A stretch of DNA of 64,000 nt. Origin: Eubacteriales bacterium. GTDB taxonomy: Bacteria; Bacillota; Clostridia; Lachnospirales; JAVBJQ01. The number at the start of each line of letters is the position of its first letter. Position 1 is the stretch's first letter. The translations under genes were made by a program, and so were the position numbers. This document shows positions 58,022 through 64,000 of the stretch, piece after piece. The notes beneath the pieces are model-generated. The model was not told the DNA's origin. It worked only from the letters and a program-made list of their open reading frames with translations, and ran no database searches. The stretch is from the NCBI GenBank assembly GCA_031546905.1, contig JAVBJQ010000046.1, positions 15,589 through 79,588 of the forward strand. Reading direction: 5' to 3'.

Positions 58022-59641
58022 ATGGAAAAGAAATTTTGGCAAAAATCAGTGGTATACCAAATTTATCCTCGAAGCTTTAAAGATACAAACAACGATGGAA
58101 TTGGTGATTTAAAAGGTATTATTTCAAAATTAGATTATCTTCAAAATTTAGGAATAGATATGATTTGGCTTTGTCCAGTGTATAGTTCCCCTAACGATGA
58201 TAATGGTTATGATGTTAGCGATTATTATAATATTATAGAAGAGTACGGAACCATGGCAGACATGGAACAATTAATAAAAGAAGCAAAAGAAAGAAATATA
58301 GGCATTATGATGGATATTGTTGCCAATCATACTTCTGATGAACATAAATGGTTTTTGGAAGCAAAAAAAGATGTCCATAATAAATATCATAATTACTATG
58401 TTTGGGCGAAAGAGCCAAATGAATTAAAATCTATTTTTAGTGGAAGCGCATGGGAATATAATGAAGATTTAAACTTGTACTATTTACATCTTTTCAGCAA
58501 AAAACAACCAGACTTAAACTGGGCAAATGAAAATGTTCGGAAAGATGTAAAAGATATTTTAAATTTTTGGATTGACAAAGGCGTAAGTGGATTTAGATTT
58601 GACGTTATTGACACAATTGCAAAAGAACCAGAAAAACTAATTACATCTAATGGGAAAAAACTCCACGAGTATATAAGAGAAATGGCAGAAGGAACTTTTA
58701 AAGATAAAGATTTAATGACAGTGGGGGAAACTTGGAGTGCGTCACTCATAGATGCTGCTAAATATTGTAACCCTGATGGCAGTGAACTTTCTATGATTTT
58801 TCAATTTGAACATATCATGTGTGACTACATGGACGGAACAGAAAAGTGGGACTACAAAAAATTAGATTTCAAAAAGTTAAAAGCTACTTTTTATAAATGG
58901 CAAACCGAACTAGACAATATTGGTTGGAATTCACTTTTTTGGGGAAATCATGATTTGCCACGTATTGTTTCCAACTGGGGGAATGATAAAAAATACAGAG
59001 TAGAATCGGCAAAAATGCTAGCAATATTGCTTCATTTCATGAAAGGAACTGTATTTATTTATCAAGGAGAAGAAATTGGAATGACAAATGTTAAATTTGA
59101 CACCATTTCTGATTATAAAGATGTAGAGACTCACAATATGTATAAGGAAAGAATTAACAATGGTTACTCCAAAGAATATTTGATGAATTCTATTTATGAA
59201 AGAGGCAGAGACAACGCAAGAACCCCTATGCAATGGGATAATTCTAACAACGCTGGTTTTTCTGATGGCTCTCCATGGATCAAAATAAATCCAAATTATG
59301 AAACAATCAATGTTGCAGAAGCATTAAAAGATATGGATTCCGTTTTTTATTGCTACAAAAAGCTGATTGAATTTAGAAAAAACAGTGATTTAAGTGATTT
59401 AATCTTATATGGTGACTTTCAATTAATTTTTGCAGATCATGAAACTGTATTTGCTTATGAAAGAACATACGAAAATCATAAAATTTTAGTGGTTTGCAAT
59501 TTCTTTGAAAAAGAGTGTGAAGTTAAATTACCGGTGAGTGATGCAACTGTTGTTATTCAGAACTATGCAGATGTTATGTTGAATGGTAGTACATTGGCTT
59601 TAAGACCATATGAAGCAATCATATTTCAACTTGAAAATTAA
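58022..59641 (+). CDS. GH13 alpha-glucosidase (oligo-1,6-glucosidase / trehalose-6-phosphate hydrolase type)
   Basis: 'YQIYPRSFKDTNNDGIGDLKGI', 'DIVANHTSDEH', nucleophile 'GFRFDVID', 'GETW', 'GNHDLPR'. Confidence 0.9.
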   Translation: MEKKFWQKSVVYQIYPRSFKDTNNDGIGDLKGIISKLDYLQNLGIDMIWLCPVYSSPNDDNGYDVSDYYNIIEEYGTMADMEQLIKEAKERNIGIMMDIVANHTSDEHKWFLEAKKDVHNKYHNYYVWAKEPNELKSIFSGSAWEYNEDLNLYYLHLFSKKQPDLNWANENVRKDVKDILNFWIDKGVSGFRFDVIDTIAKEPEKLITSNGKKLHEYIREMAEGTFKDKDLMTVGETWSASLIDAAKYCNPDGSELSMIFQFEHIMCDYMDGTEKWDYKKLDFKKLKATFYKWQTELDNIGWNSLFWGNHDLPRIVSNWGNDKKYRVESAKMLAILLHFMKGTVFIYQGEEIGMTNVKFDTISDYKDVETHNMYKERINNGYSKEYLMNSIYERGRDNARTPMQWDNSNNAGFSDGSPWIKINPNYETINVAEALKDMDSVFYCYKKLIEFRKNSDLSDLILYGDFQLIFADHETVFAYERTYENHKILVVCNFFEKECEVKLPVSDATVVIQNYADVMLNGSTLALRPYEAIIFQLEN

Positions 59642-60705
59642 CTTGGATGAATAAATTCACAAAAACCTTTTGTCAATAGCTTTATTAATCCTGCTTGTGT
59701 AAACTTAGTAGGAGTAGGTGCTGTTATGTATAGCTTGTCAGCTCCTATTTCCCCAATATATTTTGCCAAAACGCTTCCATCTTCTATGTTAAATTGATTT
59801 GATAATATAGAGGAAACAAAGTTTTCTAAAAGTGAACTGTCTATGTTTTCTATGGTGTTAAAATTAACTTTTAACAAAGCCTCTCCATTTCGAATAAAAA
59901 AAAGGATAAATGCTTGTTCGTTATAAGCCCTAAAAAACACAAAGACATCCTTATCTTCTAATACAGCATTAAAACGTTTGGCTTTTCTTTTTAGGCTCCC
60001 AAGCTTTGTGATTTTATCTCTTGTTTGTGCAGCATTTTCAAAATTCATTTGCTGTGCCTGTGTAAGCATTATTTTCTTTAAGGCGGGGATAATTTTATTA
60101 TTTTTTCCATGTATGAATTTTACAATATCTGTAATTTTAGCGCTATATTCCTCGGGAGAAATGCGTCTTTCGCAAGGGGCACAGCATTTTTTCATATGAT
60201 AATGCAAACAAGCTTTTCCTTTATGATTGATATGAAAATTTTTATTGCATATAGGTGTTTGCCACACACTATTAATTAGTTCCACAACTTGTAACACATC
60301 ATTTTCACGATAAAAACAGCCAAAATACTCCCCGGCATCGGAGTTTTTTTCATAAGCAACAGTTAGGTTTGGATACTCGCTATCCAAATCTATTTTTAAA
60401 TAAGGAAATATTTTATCTTTTTTTAGGGCGGCATTATAGTGTGGTTTGTGCTTTTTTATTAGGGTACATTCTAAAATCAGTGCCTCTGATTCGGTGGGGG
60501 TAAGTATGTAATCAAAATCCACGATTTCTTTTACGAGTCTAACAATTTTTTCATCCTTATCTTTTGTATTTTGAAAATATTGCTTTACACGGTTTCGTAG
60601 GGCTTTCGATTTTCCAATATATATAATTTCTCCCCTTTTGTTTTTAAAAAGATAGCAGCCAGGCAAAAGAGGAAGTTGTTGTATTTTTTCTGATAGACTT
60701 AACAT
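59638..60705 (-). CDS. UvrC N-terminal-like GIY-YIG nuclease (no UVR, endonuclease V or HhH domains)
   Basis: 'PGCYLFKNKRGEIIYIGKSKALRNRVKQYF', 'ESEALILECTLIKKHKPHYN' and the Cys cluster 'CLHYHMKKCCAPC'. It is only 355 aa. Confidence 0.75.
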   Translation of the reverse strand: MLSLSEKIQQLPLLPGCYLFKNKRGEIIYIGKSKALRNRVKQYFQNTKDKDEKIVRLVKEIVDFDYILTPTESEALILECTLIKKHKPHYNAALKKDKIFPYLKIDLDSEYPNLTVAYEKNSDAGEYFGCFYRENDVLQVVELINSVWQTPICNKNFHINHKGKACLHYHMKKCCAPCERRISPEEYSAKITDIVKFIHGKNNKIIPALKKIMLTQAQQMNFENAAQTRDKITKLGSLKRKAKRFNAVLEDKDVFVFFRAYNEQAFILFFIRNGEALLKVNFNTIENIDSSLLENFVSSILSNQFNIEDGSVLAKYIGEIGADKLYITAPTPTKFTQAGLIKLLTKGFCEFIHPS

Positions 60706-60803
60706 ATGATTGACCTTTCACACACCCTAATAATTAGTATAGTTTTTTTGTTCATGGTACATTATTTTATTCCCTTTTGCAAATCTTAATTTAGCTTAAA
60801 TTA

Positions 60804-60843
60804 AAAAAAACATCCTCTTTCATTAAAAAGGATGTTTTTTTTT
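60804..60843. terminator. Bidirectional-looking terminator after the 487-aa gene
   Basis: AAAAAAACATCCT / AGGATGTTTTTTT stem. Confidence 0.75.
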
Positions 60844-60848
60844 AGATT

Positions 60849-62312
60849 TTAGTGATGATGCGGATGTCCCTCATGGTCATGTTCATCTGTTACATCTTCA
60901 ACTTGAAGAACACCTTCATCAATTAAAAGCTGAGCAACCAAAGCACTAGATGCTTTTTTGATGTGTTTCTTTTCTATATTTTGGAATGAAAATACTAAGT
61001 TGCTTTCAAACTTATCGATTGTCCATGCAGTAGGAAGTACCCCTAAATAAACTTGTCTTATTAATTTTTGATTATAGGCAGGGAGTTTTTCAAGGCTTTC
61101 TTTAATGGCAGTTGTTATTTTTTCAATTTCAGTGTTCAGATTAATTGGTTCATCTAAGTTTATATTCTCAACAGGCATTAAATTTCTCATATCAAGTGGA
61201 TTTAAAAATAATTGTTTTACAAGATTCTTTGAACCAATGATATTAAGGGTTTCTTCTGTTATATCATCTTGGGTTACTTTTTTCAAAAAGCTAGCTGATT
61301 TATTTTCCAACAATTCAACTTGGTCAAGCACTTTTTCAATTTTAAATTGTAATCTTGATAAAATTGTTTCAGCAACAAGCTCCATTTGTTCCCCAGTTTC
61401 ATCTTTTATAATTTCACAAATAGAATAATAAATATCTTTTGTCATGTCATCATAAAGCATATCAAAATCTGCAGTAAAAGTTAAAATAGAGATTAAGCTG
61501 TTTAAACAGTTGTATTGTAGTTTGATATAGTCGTCTAAGTCATCTAACTTATAAAGTAACTCAATCAATGTACCATTTATTTTTTCAATATCACTTGGTA
61601 AGAGAATTTTAAAATCAGTTTGTTCAAACTCAGATAATACATTTCTCACACTGGTAAAATTTTCATAATATTCTTTAAAACCAGTAGGAAGCATTTTTAC
61701 TCTTGCAAAATGGAATGTACTGAATATATAATCATTTTGTGGGAGCAAATCAATTAAATACATCATGCTCTCTTTAATATGGTCTGAAAATTTTTCTTTT
61801 GTCATTTGGATTGGAATACATTTTAAAATTTTAGACATATTATCTTTTTGTTGTAAATCGTCCTGAGTCATTCTGGCAAAACTTAAACAGTGGGTGAAAA
61901 ATAATTGTTCATCCATGTCATCAGATTGATCTTCTGTTAAAAAAGCTTTATAAAAATAATCAATATCCGTTAGTTCTTGCAAAACTTTTGCTTGTCTTGT
62001 AACATGAGATAAGCTTTTAAACAAATTCATTACATCATCACGACAGTTTGTGATTTGAGATAAAATATCTTCTCTGTTTTCAACGGCTAAGTTAAAACTG
62101 TTTTCGAGTTCAACAATGTAACCAGATATTTTTTTAGTAATATTGTTTATTCTATCATTTGTATCAGCAGTTTCAGGGAAGGAAATTTTTTTAAGTTGAG
62201 ATATTTCCACATAATCTGATAGTAATGTTAAATAGCTCGCCTCAAGATATTCAAGGGTTTCTTGTATGGATGTATCTACGATTATTTTTTCTGACTCTTT
62301 ACTAATGCTCAT
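60849..62312 (-). CDS. Hypothetical 487-aa, apparently all-helical protein with a His-rich C-terminus
   Basis: Long uninterrupted ORF ending 'DEHDHEGHPHHH'. No recognisable motif. Confidence 0.55.
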   Translation of the reverse strand: MSISKESEKIIVDTSIQETLEYLEASYLTLLSDYVEISQLKKISFPETADTNDRINNITKKISGYIVELENSFNLAVENREDILSQITNCRDDVMNLFKSLSHVTRQAKVLQELTDIDYFYKAFLTEDQSDDMDEQLFFTHCLSFARMTQDDLQQKDNMSKILKCIPIQMTKEKFSDHIKESMMYLIDLLPQNDYIFSTFHFARVKMLPTGFKEYYENFTSVRNVLSEFEQTDFKILLPSDIEKINGTLIELLYKLDDLDDYIKLQYNCLNSLISILTFTADFDMLYDDMTKDIYYSICEIIKDETGEQMELVAETILSRLQFKIEKVLDQVELLENKSASFLKKVTQDDITEETLNIIGSKNLVKQLFLNPLDMRNLMPVENINLDEPINLNTEIEKITTAIKESLEKLPAYNQKLIRQVYLGVLPTAWTIDKFESNLVFSFQNIEKKHIKKASSALVAQLLIDEGVLQVEDVTDEHDHEGHPHHH

Positions 62313-62413
62313 TTGTTAAATCTCTCCATTTCTTTTTTTATTTTAGAATAACATTAATTTGCCAAATTGTCGATGATTATATGACATAATGTGCAAAAAA
62401 AGGGGGCTAAGCT

Positions 62414-64000
62414 GTGATTAAGGTGCTTATTGCCGATTTTGACTCTGATACTTGTAAAAATTTTAGAACCTATATAAAACTATCATTCCAACAAAATTTT
62501 CGTGTAGTAAAAACAGTTGAAACAAATAAAGATTTTATAAAAGTATTGACAGAATCAGGTGCGGATTTGGTCATTGCAGATATAAAATTTTTAGGCACGC
62601 TAGCGTTAAGAACATTAAATGATGTATCGGAAGTATTACCAAATATACGCTTTATACTGTATGGAATGTACGATGATTCGGATTACCTTCAAAAAAGCAT
62701 GGATTTTAATTGTATTCAATATATGTTTAAACCGGTAAAGCCAGCTGATTTAGATCGGTGTCTACAAGTTGCTGAAAAAGTTTTAAAAGATATAGAGCAA
62801 AAAAATGAAGAAAATAAATATTTATTAAGCTTGTATGATAAAAATCTTGTAGTTTTTGAAGATAGATTTTTAATCAACTTAATTCACGGACATTTAGAAA
62901 GTGAACGTGAAATAAAAAAAAGTTTTGAATATTTTAACATCAATATTATCCCTGACTATACGGTTTTTATTGTAAAAGTAGATAACTTCAGGCAAATTAT
63001 TTTGACATTAGAAGAAAAAGAAAAACAGTTGATGATTTTTAATGTGTTACTTAAAATAAATACAATTTTGGATGAATTAAAAAATGGGAAAGCCTTTATT
63101 AATCATTTTAATGCTGTAACGGTTATTGTGGGTGGCTCTCTTAGTTTTCAAGAAATGTATGATTTAGCCACTAGGATAAAAGAATTTATATTAAAAAATA
63201 TTAGAATTGAAGTTACAATTGGAATTGGAAATTCTTACAATAAAGCAACAGAAATTCCGGTATCATATAAACAAGCAAAAGCAGCATTACGATATACGAA
63301 TATTTTTGGTTCAAATGCAATTATACCAATTGATTATGCGGAGCCAAGTAACAATATCACCTATCGATACCCCTTGAAAAAAGAAGAGTTGCTGGTTTAT
63401 ACAACCGTTGTTGGGGATTTCTCCAGTGCGGAAAAACGTCTGTTGGAAATAATGGAAGCATTAAAAGCGTGTGGAACGTTACCAGATAAATTATTGCCAA
63501 AAATCATTTTGGATATTCTTATTTCAATTAATCGAAATGCCAGTGAACAAAATGTGGAGCTGGACGATATATTTTCTAAGTTTTTCTCTGTTAGAGTAAT
63601 ATCGGGTATTAAAACGTTAGAAGAAGCTTATCACTATCTACATGAGATGATTTTAAATACTTGCGAATATATTAAAAATAATCAAAACAATAGAGACCAT
63701 AAAATTTATAATGAAGTGAAGCAATTTGTTCTAGACCGATATTTTGAAAACCTAACACTTTTTAAAATGGCATATAAATTTAATTGCACACCAGACTATT
63801 TAAACAGGCTTTTTTTAGAAAAAGAAAAAAAGTCATTTTATGATTTTGTAATTTTATCAAGACTGGATGTTGCAAAGAGACTAATTGCCGAATCAGGAAG
63901 CGAAATAGATGATGAAAATATTGCATATCGAATTGGTTATGAGGATATAAAGTATTTTAGAAGCATTTTTAGACAATATGTAGGTATTAATATTACAGAC
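62414..64000 (+). CDS. Response regulator with an AraC-type HTH output (YesN-like), 3' end beyond the window
   Basis: GTG at 62414 lies 7 nt after AAAGGGGGC, and the frame is open to base 64000. REC-like N-terminus ('LIADFD','VIADIKF','FKPV') and an AraC HTH near the end ('IAYRIGYEDIKYFRSIFRQYVG'). Absent from the ORF track because no stop is reached. Confidence 0.8.
   Translation, partial: MIKVLIADFDSDTCKNFRTYIKLSFQQNFRVVKTVETNKDFIKVLTESGADLVIADIKFLGTLALRTLNDVSEVLPNIRFILYGMYDDSDYLQKSMDFNCIQYMFKPVKPADLDRCLQVAEKVLKDIEQKNEENKYLLSLYDKNLVVFEDRFLINLIHGHLESEREIKKSFEYFNINIIPDYTVFIVKVDNFRQIILTLEEKEKQLMIFNVLLKINTILDELKNGKAFINHFNAVTVIVGGSLSFQEMYDLATRIKEFILKNIRIEVTIGIGNSYNKATEIPVSYKQAKAALRYTNIFGSNAIIPIDYAEPSNNITYRYPLKKEELLVYTTVVGDFSSAEKRLLEIMEALKACGTLPDKLLPKIILDILISINRNASEQNVELDDIFSKFFSVRVISGIKTLEEAYHYLHEMILNTCEYIKNNQNNRDHKIYNEVKQFVLDRYFENLTLFKMAYKFNCTPDYLNRLFLEKEKKSFYDFVILSRLDVAKRLIAESGSEIDDENIAYRIGYEDIKYFRSIFRQYVGINITD

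Overview
Low-GC Firmicutes chromosomal window that looks like a Clostridia-type spore-former (two alpha/beta SASP genes, a YtxC-like gene, mcsA-mcsB-clpC). Most genes are + strand housekeeping: PBP fragment, prsW, Nudix, a MarR/MFS pair, an MCP plus hybrid histidine kinase, asnA, glnA, hflX, tldD/pmbA, ogt, purL, gap, M16 peptidase, ZIP transporter, aroB, lspA, rluD, pyrB/pyrC-like genes, a PhoPR-like two-component system, pepP, tig-clpP-clpX, hslO, a GH13 glucosidase and an AraC-type response regulator. No rRNA, CRISPR array or intact IS element was seen. The one clearly accessory segment is about 4.56-8.66 kb. It holds an AT-rich, translationally coupled three-gene minus-strand operon: a 312-aa orphan protein, a 215-aa protein with four predicted TM helices, and a ~333-aa NdpA/YejK-like putative DNA-binding protein. 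The operon sits between an MFS efflux gene and a 5'-truncated large serine recombinase remnant that abuts tRNA-Ser(GGA). I rank this operon as the best candidate for an undescribed defence or mobile-element system. Its function is inference only. Secondary observations include a pyrB/pyrC-like pair with substitutions at several canonical catalytic or metal-binding positions (possible pseudoenzymes). Others are a repeat-containing Asn-rich 67-aa peptide gene, a UvrC N-terminal-only GIY-YIG protein, mcsA-mcsB-clpC without ctsR, shared operator-like repeats at the MarR/MFS promoters, an unlisted 47-aa acidic ORF, and two intergenic structured or terminator-bearing regions that could be small RNAs.
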